A DNA stretch of 64,000 nucleotides, taken from the NCBI RefSeq assembly GCF_006345805.1, contig NW_021833034.1, positions 24,754 to 88,753 on the forward strand. The letters are read 5' to 3'. The notes beneath the pieces were generated by a model. It ran no database searches and was not told the DNA's origin. It saw nothing but the letters and a program-made list of their open reading frames with translations. This DNA comes from Octopus sinensis. Taxonomy: Eukaryota. Shown here piece after piece: positions 25,545 to 37,522 of this stretch; positions within the stretch are counted from its first letter, which is position 1, and every line of letters starts with the position of its first letter. The translations under genes were made by a program, and so were the position numbers.

Positions 25545-27904
25545 CATCATGTTTAAACGTCCACTTTCCCTGCTGGCATGGTTTGACTGAGGGCTGGAGA
25601 GCCAGAAGGCTGCACCAGGCTCCAATCTGACCTGGCAATGTTTCTACAGCTGGATGCGCTTCCTAACGCCAACCACTCCGAGAGTGATATGTGGATGCAT
25701 TTTACGTGCCACAGGCACAGAAGCTGGTCAAGCGGTCCTGGCATCCATCACGTTCAGATAGTGCTTTTTATGTGCTACTGGCACAGGAGCCAGTCAGAAG
25801 GTACTGGTATCAGTCACATTGGGGTGATGCATTTTATGTGCCACTGGAATGGAAACCAGTCATGGGGCACTGGCCACAGCTGTGATTTTTGGTTTTACCT
25901 GACTCAACAGGCCTTCTCTAGGACATCATATTGCGTGACGCATCAGGTGTACTCTCAACAGGGTCAGACATGCAACACTGGCATCGGCCATGGATACGAT
26001 TTCACTTTAGTTGCCAGGTCTTCTCAGTTGCACAACATATCTCCAAAGGTCACTTGCCATTGCCTCAGTGAGGCCCAATGTTCAAAGTTCATGCTTCACC
26101 ACCTCATCTCATGTCTTCCTGGGTCTACCTCTTCCATAGCTTCCGTCTACAAGTAGGGAGTGGCACTTCCTCACACAGCTGTCCTCATCCATACTTAACC
26201 CATGACCATACCAGCGCAGTCATCTCTCTTGCTCACCACATTTGATGCTTCTTCTGCACAACTTTTCTCTCAGGGTGCTTACACTCTGTTGTGTATGCAC
26301 ACTGACATTACACATCCAGTGGAGCATACTAGCTTCATTTCTTTCAAGCCTACGCATATCCTCAGCAGTCATGGCCCATGTTTTACTGCCGTGTAACATG
26401 GCAGTTTGCATCATACAGTCTACCTTTCATCCTGAGCGAGAGGCCTTTAGTTGCCAGGAGGGGTAGGATCTCCCTGAACTTTGCCCAGGCTATTCTTTTT
26501 CTAGTGGTAACACTCTCTGAGCATCCACCCCAACTACTACCTTGCCCACCTAGGTAGCAGAAGCTAACAACTACTTCTAGTTTTTTCCCTTGTCATGTGA
26601 TAGAATATGTTTTCTGTATATCTTCAGTGCTTATTGCCCCTGTGCATTGGCCACACACAAAAACTATTTTCCTGGTTAACCTTCCTTTGATTTTGCTAAA
26701 CCTTTTATGTGTCCATAGCTTACACTGGGTGCATTGTAAGGAGCTTCTACCCATGCCTTTTCTACTGCTCGGTTCACAAATGGCCTTTACAAACTCTTTA
26801 CATGAACACCACCCTGTACATAACTTCATGTCCCCCTACATGGCCTTGCTTTTTGCTTTTTGAGCCAAAAAACTAACCAACTAACTAACTAACTACAGAT
26901 CAAGCAGGATCATCTACCTGAAGGGGTTTGTGATTTGTCAACTTTCCTATTTACTAAGACTTTCGTTTTTGCTAGGTTAACCCTAATCCCCTTTGATTCT
27001 AGACCTTGCTTTCACACCTTAAATTCGTCTCCTGTTCTGACAGTGACTCAGCTATTAGAGCAAGGTCATCAGCATAGAGGAGCTCCCAAGGGCAGCCTGT
27101 CTTGAATCTCTCTGTTATTGCCTGGAGGACTATAATGAACAAGACCGGCTGATGACTGATCCCTGGTGAACCACTTCTAACCAGAATTCTTCACTATACT
27201 CGTGGCCAACCCCCACCTTACTAACAGCATCCCTGTGCAGGGTTTGTACAGCTCTTAACAACCACTCTTACGAATCCCCAGTCTCCACGTTGACCACCAG
27301 AGAAGGGATCAGGGGACCTGTCAAAGGCTTTTTTCATGTCAATGAAAGCCAAGTATAGAAGTTTATCTTTGGCTAGATATTTCTCCTGCAGCTGTCTTAC
27401 CAGAAATATAGCATCAGTGGTGCTTCTGCCTGGCACAAAACCAAACTGCATCTTATCTAGGCTAACTCTCTCCCTAATTAGTTGGACTATGACCCTCTCT
27501 GTAACTGTCATCACCTGATCCAATAATTTGATACCTCTGTAGTTATTTCTATCTAAAGCATCACCTTTCGCCCTTGTGACAGTTTGAATATGGTGCTGCA
27601 ACACCAGTCATTGGGTATGACTCCTTCATGAACTACATGATGGTGGGTGACAAGACCCTAATCCACACCACCCGATATTTTAAGCATCCCTGCAGTGTCT
27701 TCATATCCTTAATTGCTTTATCTACAGGGTCCCTCAATTGGGTCAATCTTTGGAAGATTCTCCTCCTCCCAATTCATTCTCCACATTCAGCAGTCTTTCA
27801 TAATGCCATCTCCAAGCCTCTTTCTTTGCAGAATCATAAACACAAGGGCACCATCTTCCATGCAAACACATTTCTCTCCTATAGCATCACAGTTTTCTCT
27901 CACA
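25545..27904 (-). mobile_element. RTE 3' half, minus strand (duplicated at ~57865-60232)
   Basis: KGDALDRNNYRGIKLL..QFGFVPGRSTTDAIF..AFIDMKKAFD, followed by the 3' UTR. Confidence 0.85.
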
Positions 27905-29611
27905 CACTGTGGAAACTAGGGATAGATGAATGGTTAGTGAAAGCTGTGCAAGCCATGTAAAAGGATGCTGTCAGTAAGGTGAGGGTTGACAATGAGTACA
28001 GTGATGAATTCTGGATAGGGGTAGGGATCCACCAAGGATCAGTGCTCAGCCCCCTCCTATTCACCACAGTCCCCAGGCAATAACAGAGGAATTCAGGAGA
28101 GGATATCCCAGGGGAGCTCCTCTATGCTGATGACCTTGCTCTAATTGCTGAGTCACTATCAGAACTAGAGGAGAAATTTCGGGTGTGGAAGCAAAGATTA
28201 GAATCGAAGGGCCTTAGAGTCAACCTAGTTAAAACCAAAGTCCTAGTAAGTAGGAAGTCAGACAAATCGCAAATTCCTTCAGGTAGATAGCCCTACTCGA
28301 TCTGTAGAAAAGGTGTAGGTAGAAACTCCGTAAGATGTACCCAGTGTAAGCTATGGATGCATAAGAGGTGCAGCAATATCAAAGGAAGGCTAACTGGAAA
28401 GATAGTTTTTGTATGTGGCAGATGCTCAGGAGCAATAAACACAGAAAATGTGCAGAGAACAGCTTCTGTCACATTCCTAGGGAGAAAAACTAGAAGTAGT
28501 TGATAGCTTCTCTTACCTAGGTGACCAAGTCAGTAGCAGGGGTTGATATTCTAAGAGTGTAGCTGCTAGAATAAGAATAGCCTGGGCAAAGTTCAGAGAG
28601 CTCTTACCTCTGCTGGTGACCAAAGGCCTCTCGTTCAGAGTAAAAAGTAGACTGTATGACATATGTGTGCAATAAGCAATGCTACATGGCAGTGAAACAT
28701 GGGCCATGACTGCTGAGGACATGCGTAATCTTGCAAGGAATGAAACCAGTATGCTCCGCTGGATGTGCAATGTCAGTGTGCATGCACAACAGAGTGTAAG
28801 CACCCCGAGAGAAAAGTTGGACTTAAGAAGCATCAGATGTGATGTGCAAGAGAGATGACAGCACTTGTATGGCCATGTGTTGTGTATGGATGAGGACAGC
28901 TGTACAGCTGTGTGAAAAAGTGTCACACCCTAGCAGCAGAGAGAACCTAGCAGTAGAGGGAAGACCTGGGATGAGGTGATGAAGCACGACCTTCGAACAT
29001 TGGGTTATACCGAGGCAATGATAAGTGACCGAGACCTTTGGCGATATGCTGTGCTTGAGAAGACTCAGCAAGCCAAGTGAGACTGTAACCATGACATATG
29101 CCAGTGTAGCTTAACCAGCCCGTTTAAGAGTACCCTTCAATCATTGGCCAATAAACTGCACTTGCAAAGACCTGTTGAGACAAGTGAAGTCATTGTCACG
29201 GCCAATAACAGTACTTCCTGATTGGCTCCTCTGCCAGTGGTACATTAAAAGCACCGTTCAAGCGTGATCTTTGCCAGTGCCACCTGACTGGTTCCTCTGC
29301 CAGTGGCATGTAAAAAGCATCATTTGAGCATGGTCGATGCCAGTGCCAGCTGACTGGTCCTGTCCTGATGGCATGTAAAAAAAACCAGTCGAGTGTGATC
29401 ATTGCCAGTACCACCTGACTGGCCCTTGTGCTGGTGGCATTTGAAAAGCACCCACTACACTCTCAGAGTGTTTGGCGTTAGGAAGGGCATCCAGCTCTAG
29501 TAAGTTTGCCAGATTGGAATGAAGCCTGGTGCAGCCTTCTGGCTTGCCAGCCCTCAATCAAACCGTCCAACCCATGCCAGTTTGGAAAGCGGATGTTAAA
29601 TGATGATGATG
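27905..29611 (+). mobile_element. RTE 3' half, plus strand (duplicated at ~60233-61934)
   Basis: WKLGIDEWLVKAVQAM, LLYADDL, and the 3' UTR with a (GAT)n tail ending ~40 bp from the exon C donor. Confidence 0.85.
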
Positions 29612-29650
29612 TTGAACATAAAACAACAAACAACAAATACATCAACCAAC

Positions 29651-29878
29651 CTTTGCTATTTCTGTGTCTTGAGGATAAACCACAAAGTTTACAACTTTGA
29701 TCTGGCTTGAATTTAGATCTGAGTAGTTTTTCACTGCTTCATACATTGTTCTGGGTAGGTTTTCAATGGGGTACTTCAATGTTCCAGCCCCTAATATAGG
29801 AAATGCAAGGCTTTTTGCTCCCAATCCCTCAGCCTTTTCCAGACAAGTGGTTATTATTTGAGTCAAGTTTGCCAGAAT
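29651..29878 (-). CDS. PARP14: Macro-PARP exon C (macrodomain C-terminal half, module 1)
   Basis: 228 nt, phase 0->0, AG/GT boundaries. ILANLTQIITTCLEKAEGLGAKSLAFPILGAGTLKYP..IKVVNFVVYPQDTEIAK contains the macrodomain SIAFPAIGTG-type loop. Confidence 0.9.
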
Positions 29879-30485
29879 CTATAAAAATAAGTGTTTAGCA
29901 ATTGATAATGAACATTTTATTAAATATTTTCTTATAACAGAAGAAACCATTTAGTTGTAATAAATATATTCTCCTCTCACAATTCCTCTCACTCCTACCA
30001 CTTCTAAACACAACTGTCATTCCTATCACTCTTTAGTCCTGCAAGGGACAAGGCAACCTCACTCATGTTGCTGCTACAATAAAACAGACCCAATCCACCG
30101 TATAAAATGATTGGTGAATGAAGAGAGACAATGCAGACTCAAGAGGAGTCTTTAGTGTTGTTGAGGACATGACAACCTCTCTAGTGCTCGTGCCATGACA
30201 GAGAAAAACTCACCAATACAGACAGTAAAACAGAGAAATATGTTTTAATATAGTCTTATTTATCAGTCACATAACTGCTGTTAGGCCATGAGGCTTTTTC
30301 CCTTCTATTTATATATAAAAGTGTCCTGTTCATCGATATCTTCTGCTTCCTTCCAATGATAACTTGGAAGAACAAATATTAAACAGGATGCTGACATTTG
30401 CTTTATGATTCTCACACAACATGCATAAGGTTCTCTTCAAACATTAACTGTTTCAATAAATCAATATCATATTATTGATACTTAC

Positions 30486-30713
30486 TGAATCAGGGGAATT
30501 TTCATCCCAGGGAGGTAATACCAGATGAAATACATTCTTACAGTTGAGGTTATATCCTTTAGTGACGGCTATTTTAGATGTAGAAATACCTTGAGGATAT
30601 CTCTGGTTACATTCGTTTTGTATCTCAGGACCAGCAGCAAGGAGAATAAATTTGGAGATAGAACCATTGTTAAGCTCAAGGTTTTTATTGGTGCTGTTAA
30701 CGATGACATCAAG
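30486..30713 (-). CDS. PARP14: Macro-PARP exon B (macrodomain N-terminal half, module 1)
   Basis: Acceptor ttttcag, donor gtaagt, 228 nt, phase 0->0. LDVIVNSTNKNLELNNGSISKFILLAAGPEIQNEC..IAVTKGYNLNCKNVFHLVLPPWD is a typical macrodomain. Not in the ORF track on this strand. Confidence 0.9.
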
Positions 30714-30990
30714 CTGAAAAAGTAATTAATGGTAAACAACTAAGGAACATTCCATGGAGAGAAGAGAGATACATTGTTGCAGTTGATATTGTTGTTAAGA
30801 AAGGCTCTACAGAATGGCTGTAGTAAGTTTGAGGTTGTTAAAGTTAGCAAAAGATATACTCAAGATATCAGATGTGAAGGAAATAGAATGTTTGAGTTTG
30901 AGAAAATGTTTTAATTAACTTTAATGATTCCTCATTTGGAAATGAAATAACAATTAAATATAAATAAGTTACATGAATCTATTTACTCAC

Positions 30991-31127
30991 AGATACATTA
31001 GAAATTGAATCAATCATTAGGTTTATTTCAATGCCATCATATTCTTTGGATGTCTCATTAGTTCTGGGTGTCATAGAGGATGGTTCCTGTTGTGAGCCAG
31101 GAAGGGATGCATTTGACGATGCAGTGT
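30991..31127 (-). CDS. PARP14: Macro-PARP exon A (linker plus first macro strand, module 1)
   Basis: Acceptor tttatttccag, donor gtgagt, 137 nt, phase 1->0, (D)TASSNASLPGSQQEPSSMTPRTNETSKEYDGIEINLMIDSISNVS. Confidence 0.8.
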
Positions 31128-31424
31128 CTGGAAATAAACAAAATTCTTTATTTGCTTTGTTTTGTTTCTAATTTTTAATCAAACATTCTTCTCTGTATTT
31201 AAAGAACTACTTTATTCCATATCGGTTGGAAATTTTGGCACAGGGCCATCAATTTCAAGAGGCACCAAAAGTTGATTTTTTTGACTCCAGTTTTCAACTG
31301 GTTCTCATTTTATAGACCCTGAAACGATGCAACTCAGACTGATGAAATGCAGCTAAACATTTCACCCAATTTGCTGATGATCGTACCTTACAATAATAAT
31401 AATAATGATAATAATAATAATAAA

Positions 31425-32858
31425 AATTTAGAATGGAATTTGGATTCAAGAGTATGATGTAATCTACCTAAAAAGATGCAAGGCACACTCCCTGACAGAA
31501 ACAGAATTACTGAATATAGACTCGTTTGAGCAAATTGAAATGGAAGAACACAAATATCTTTGTGTACTAGAGTTCAATGAGATAATGGAAAAGGAAATGA
31601 AAGAGCAACTGAGGATGGAGTATTTCTGAAGACTGAGGTTGGTGCTGCACTCAAAATGACTGGATGGAATAAAGTCCTGGCAGTTAATACGTTGGTGATA
31701 GCATTACTTCGGTATGGAGTGGGAATTATAAAATGGAAAAAAAAAGAGAGAGAAGTGAAGAAAAAGATACCAAGACCAGAAAAATGTTGACAGTACACAG
31801 AACCTTCCACCCTAAGAGTGACGCCAATAGGTTGTACTTGTCCAGAAGAAAGAGTTGGGGAGGTTTGATCAGTTGCCTGGATGATATCAAAGGAGAGAGA
31901 AACAGCTTAGGGTGATATATAAAAAATTCTGTGGAGCCAGTGTTGAAGGCTGGCATCATCAAAACTGAGAATTGAGTAACTAAAGAAAAATTTAAACAAG
32001 AAATGAACAAATAAAAAGGCAAAAAAACATGGAAGGAAAAAAATGTGTGGTGAGTTTGCAAGAGATGTGAATGCCAAGACAAATGCAAAAGACCAGTATC
32101 TGTGGATGAGGTGGAATGACCTGAAGATAGAGATAAAAGCACTCATATGTGCAGCTCAGGAACAAGCATTAAGGACCAATTATATGAAATGCAGAATTGA
32201 CAACACTACCTATAGCGACAAATGCAGAATGTGTGGTGAGAGGGGGGTGAAACAGTATGGCACATCATTAGTGAATGCCCGAAATTGGCACAACATGAAT
32301 ACAAATGCCATCATGATAATGTAGAATGAATGATCCATTGGAAGCTCTGTGGAAATCATGGCCGACAAAGAGCAGAGACATGATATGAGCAAACCCCAGA
32401 AGAAGTCACCAAAAATGAAAACTGTATGTAATGATCCAGTGCAATCACCTAACCAGACATAGGAAACCAGACATTGTTGTGGTGAATAAAAAAGAAAGAA
32501 CATGTGTGAGTATCAACATAGCATGCCCCGGTGACAAGCGGATCAATGGGAAAGAAGAGAAAATAGGCAACTATGATGATTTAAAGGAATATAAAGGCTG
32601 TGCTTAGTGAGGAGAGTAGATGTAAGACCAATAGTAATTGGTGCACTTGGAATTATCAGCACTCATCTACTAACATGGCTGAAAAAGATCGGTACAAGTG
32701 TGAAGGAAGAACACCTACAAAAATCAACATTGCTTGGATGTGCAAGAATTCTTTGTAGGGTTCTTGAAGCATGACCAGTAAACAAGTGTCACCTTAGTCT
32801 GCTGGCTGTGGACAGCTGACATTTTCCATCATACCCAGCAAAATAAACTGGGTTTTCA
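31425..32858 (+). mobile_element. R4/Dong-like element between (AAT)n tracts
   Basis: HPKSDANRLYLSRR..GGL and LICAAQEQALRTNY..KCRMCG motifs; 3' end abuts (AAT)n at 32859. Confidence 0.75.
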
Positions 32859-32990
32859 TATAATAATAATGATAATAATAATAATAATAACAATAACAAT
32901 AATAATAATAATAACAATAACAATAATAATAATAATAACAATAATAATAATAATAATAATAACAATAACAACAATAATAATAATAATAAT
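32859..32990 (+). repeat. (AAT/AAC)n microsatellite
   Basis: Direct reading of the sequence. Confidence 0.95.
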
Positions 32991-32991
32991 A

Positions 32992-33797
32992 CTCAATACC
33001 ACAGATTTGCTATTCTGCTCAATACCACAGATTTGCTTTGTTTTGTCTTGGTATAAAAGATGGCTACAGCAAATATTCTGCTCAATACCACAGATTTGCT
33101 AAATGCCCTGATGCAGTACCAGGCAGCTGCTCTCATAGCTTCTGATCTTAACTGATTGGAAGTGTTATCATGTACATTGTTTTGTCTTGGTATAAAAGAT
33201 GGGCTACAGCAAATATTCTGCTCAATACCACAGATTTGCTAAATGCCCTGATGCAGTACCAGGCAGCTGCTCTCATAGCTTCTGATCTTAACTGATTGGA
33301 AGTGTTATCATGTACATTGTTTAGTCTTGGTATAAAAGATGGGCTACAGCAAATATTCTGCTCAATACTGCAGATTTGCTTGTCAGTTGTTTGACCATAA
33401 CCAGTTGAGCATGTCCCTTAGTGGCTGACGATATGTGCATCTCTGATCACGAGCAGAAGTAGTGGGGGAGCATCATGGACATGTGTTCAGAGGGATTCTT
33501 TGGGGTTTGAATAATTCACCTCTGGAAACATGGGTGGTTCTTTCAACATCCTTAAACAACCCTTATTCAGGGACCTTTTGAGCGGGATGGGCTGCTCAAC
33601 TTGAAGGAAATTCTAACTGGGCCCCACCTACAAGGTCATGTGATGTTTATCTTGATATGAGATCACCATGTTGCGCACATATGGTTGTGATGCATGTGCC
33701 TGGTGTACCCTTATCAGACGGATAGTCATGTTGGGTATATTGGGCTTCGTATATTTTACCCCAGTGTCACTTTGATGGCATGCACTGCTCTCTCACA
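32992..33797 (+). mobile_element. Non-coding retroposon 3' segment ending in (AAT)n, with nested internal duplications
   Basis: 140-bp tandem duplication (33101 / 33241) plus shorter co-terminal copies. The body runs directly into an (AAT)n array. Confidence 0.6.
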
Positions 33798-33996
33798 CAA
33801 TAATAATAACAATAACAATAATAATAATAATAATAATAACAATAACAATAATAATAACAAAAACAATAATAATAATAATAATAATAACAATAACAATAAC
33901 AATAAAATAATAATAATAACAATAATAATAATAATAATAATAAAACAATAATAATAATAATAATAATAATAACAATAATAATAATAAAACAATAAC

Positions 33997-34031
<35 letters not shown>

Positions 34032-34252
34032 TAATAATAATAATAACAATACAATAATAATAATAATAATAATAACAATAACAACAATAATAATAATAAT
34101 AATAATATAATAACAATAATAATATAATAATAATAATAACAATAATAATAATAATAATAATAATAACAATAATAATAATAATAACATAACAATAATAATA
34201 ATAATAATAAATAATAATAATAACAATAATAATAATAATAATATAATAATAA
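33798..34252 (+). repeat. Long (AAT/AAC)n microsatellite
   Basis: Direct reading; it is the source of the spurious poly-L/Y/I/N ORFs. Confidence 0.95.
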
Positions 34253-36387
34253 CAAAGCATTTACTGCAGTAATATTGCAAAGATTGAACAAGCACCTGGA
34301 CAAAAACAACCTGTTCCCAGAAGAGCAGAAAGGATGCCGCAAGGGCTCATATGGCTGTAAAGATCAACTAATGATCAATAAAGCCATAACTGAAGACAAA
34401 CACAGAAAGAAGAAAGGCCTCAGTATGGCCTGGATCGACTACAAAAAGGCGTTAGATAGCATTCTCCACACATGCATCCTCGAAACACTAGCCATTAACA
34501 AAGTTGCACCAACAATTATAAAACACATAGGACACACTGTGAATAAATGGCAAACAGTGCTACAGCTCCAAACAAAAGAGGGACTCGTGAAAACCAAAGC
34601 CATCCCCATTAGAAGAGGTATATTCCAGGGAGACACTCTCTCTCTCCACTCCTTTTCAACTTGGCACTGACACCTCTATCTGATATGCTACATAGAACTG
34701 GATGCGGATATAAATGTTACAGCAAAACAATCAGCCACCTTTTATATGTGGATGACCTAAAACTATACACTACAAATGACAAACAGCTGGAAACACTACT
34801 AAAGACAGTTCATGGATTCACCAAAGAAAGAGATATGAAATTTTGATTAGAGAAATGCACCAAAGTAACCCTGAAAAGAGGAAAACTAGGTAAGAGTAGC
34901 AACATCACACTAGATAAATCAAATGAAATAAAAGAATTAGACCAAAGCCAAACTTACAAATACTTAGGAATCAATGAGCTAGATACGATACAACATACAC
35001 AATGAAAGAGAAAATAAAAAAGAATATCATAGACGAGTTAGATCAATACTGAAAACAGAGCTCAATGCTAAAAACAAGATAACAGGTATTAACACTTTAG
35101 CCATCCTAGTTATAAGTTACAGCTACAATATCGTTAACTGGACACTAAATGAACTGACCAAAATAGATAGGAAAACAAGAAAAATAATGACGGGAACTAG
35201 GATGCATCACCCAAAATCTGACATAGAAAGGCTATATATACAATGTATAGGAGGTGGTAGAGGCTTATACAGCTGGAAAACTATTATAAAATAGCCACCA
35301 TAGGACTGCAAAAATACCTACTTCAGAAGCAAGGAAAACTGATACAAATAGCGGAAAAAACACGAGCAAAACAAAAAACTGTTCTCAGTATTTAAGGAAG
35401 CTGACAAATACAAACAAGAAATCATACCATCTAACAAATATGAAGAAGAAGAAGAAACAACAAAAGCTATAAAGCAAATGAAATCAAAACTAAAACTAGA
35501 ACAGCAACGGACCATGATAAAACGATGGCAAGAAAAGCCTCTTCATGGCAAATACTGGACTAAACTAAATGCAAAAGAAATAGACAAAGAAAAATCCCAA
35601 CAATGGTTGAGAAGCTCAGGAATCAAAGCAGAGACAGAGGGATTTTTAATTGCAGCACAAGACCAAAGCCTCCCCACCAGAAATTACCAAAAACATGTAA
35701 TGAAAAGAAATATAACAAGTAACTGCAGAATATGTGGAGACGGACAAGAAACAATAAATCATATTATCTCTGGCTGCCCAGTCCTGGCTGAGAAGGAATA
35801 TATTCACAGACATGACAGAGTTGGAACCTACATACACTGGAAGCTATGCCAACATTATGGAATAACAACAGAAAAAAGATGGTATAGGCACCTGTCAGAA
35901 AAGGTCACAGAAAACGAGAAAGCAACCATACTCTGGGATTTGCCAATACACACAGATAGAGAAATTAAGGCCAACAGACCAGATATAGTTGTCAGAGATC
36001 ATGAAGAAAAAAAATGTTTTCTAATTGATGTATCAATACCAGCAGATGACAACGTGTCTCTAAAAGAAATGGAGAAACTTTCAAAATACAAAGATCTGGA
36101 AATAGAGGTAACCAGAATGTGGAATCTAAAAGCAGAAACAATTCCTATCATAGTAGGTGCATTAGGCATGATAAAAAAATATTCAGACAAATACATAACA
36201 AAAACACTAGGACTTACAAACACATATAACATACAGAAAATTGCACTACTAGGCACTGCACACATCCTATGCAAAACACTTTCAATACAATAACCATCAG
36301 AGTATCACAACAATTCACAGCACATACCCAAGGCACACAGAGCTGCGCTCGGTAGTGAAGTGAAAGCACGATATAAAAAATATACTA

Positions 36388-36392
<5 letters not shown>
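34253..36392 (+). mobile_element. R4/Dong-like element (best-preserved copy), RT + CCHC + RLE
   Basis: EEQKGCRKGSYGCKDQL..AWIDYKKA..RGIFQGDTLS..HLLYVDDLKLY. The 271-aa ORF 35478-36293 has CRICG..HIISGC, RHD and NRPDIVV..LIDVSIP..EKLSKY. (AAT)n lies on both sides. Confidence 0.9.
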
Positions 36393-36438
<46 letters not shown>

Positions 36439-36461
36439 TATAATTATAATAATAGTAATAA

Positions 36462-37400
36462 CATGAAAGACCGAAAAAACTTCACTCTATTCTCAACGAG
36501 AACAAAAAATTTGCCACTGATCTCTTAGATACCCACCAGATTGACCAAGTTGCAGGAAATGTGCCAACTGCTGCTGCAAAGAAAATAAGATTAATTGCAA
36601 AGACAAAAGTACATGAAAAATTAGCTAGCAGGTGGGAACAGAAACCTCTCCATGGCAAGTATGTGGCCCATAGCAAACAAGCTGATGTCAACCAGAAACA
36701 GATGCAACAATGGCTATGAAATTCAGGGCTAAAAGAAGAGAGTGAAGGTTTCATATTAGCTGCTCAAGACCAAAGCTTATTAACCCGGAACTATCAAGCC
36801 AATGTGATAAAAAATGGAGCTGACCCAAAATGCCGATTCTGTAATGATGAGATTGAAACAATAGACCACCTAATCTCAGGGTGTAGAGTCTTGGCACCTG
36901 TAGAATATAAAGCAAGACATTACAGAGTCGGCCAGTATTTACATTGGACAATATGTCGGTATTATAAAATCAAAACCGCTGACAAATGGTATAAACATCA
37001 TCCTGAAGCTGTGACTGAGGGAGAAAATATGTCGATTCTATGGGACTTCCCCGTACAGATTGACAAAACGATAAAAGCTAATAAACTGGATATTATTATA
37101 AAAGATCAGACAAAAAAGATGTGTTTATTAATTGACATGAGTATTCCTTGCGATCACAATATAGCGGCGAAAGAATTTGACAAGATTAGTAAATATAAAG
37201 ACCTGCTAATAGAAATTGAAAAATGTGGCATCTCAAGGCGACTACAGTACCAGTGATTGTAGGATCTCTAGGAATGATAAAAAAAGGTACTGAAACCTAT
37301 TTGAAAATGATACCAGGCTTACCATCCCTACAGGAAGTGCAAAAAATTGTATTAACTGGAACAGCTCATGTACTGAGAAGAGCATCATTGCTGTGAAAAT
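36462..37400 (+). mobile_element. R4/Dong-like 3' fragment
   Basis: ORF 36804-37256 has CRFCNDEIETIDHLISGC..LIDMSIPC..KYKDL; it follows the (AAT)n at 36393-36460. Confidence 0.85.
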
Positions 37401-37522
37401 AACATCCATCCATGAATTTATTTCATCATCATTCATTTAACGTCCGCTTTCCATGCTAGCATGGGTTATTTATTAATTTTTAAATACATATCTTATCTGT
37501 GAATTTGCATGTGCAATCTGGG

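Larger units (their letters stand above)
25301..31387 (+). repeat. Tandem segmental duplication, copy 1 (~6.1 kb)
   Basis: Collinear and near-identical to 57620-63682 (offset ~32.3 kb), including the RTE insertions and exons A-C. Duplicated ORFs appear in the track (e.g. 25638/57957, 29642/61965). Confidence 0.95.

Noticed and set aside
25638-26156. 172-aa ORF conserved at 57957-58475
   Set aside because: It is an antisense reading of an RTE 3' UTR, conserved only because the block was recently duplicated.
30525-30725. Plus-strand 66-aa ORF duplicated at 62820-63020
   Set aside because: It is the antisense shadow of macrodomain exon B/B'.
31340-31385. CTGATGA motifs as further hammerheads (also ~14812, 27149, 43956)
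   Set aside because: No properly spaced GAAA box with flanking stems; they lie within SINE/LINE sequence.
33694-34342. Long poly-Leu/Tyr/Ile/Asn ORFs (also 32789-33102)
   Set aside because: They are translations of (AAT)n microsatellites.
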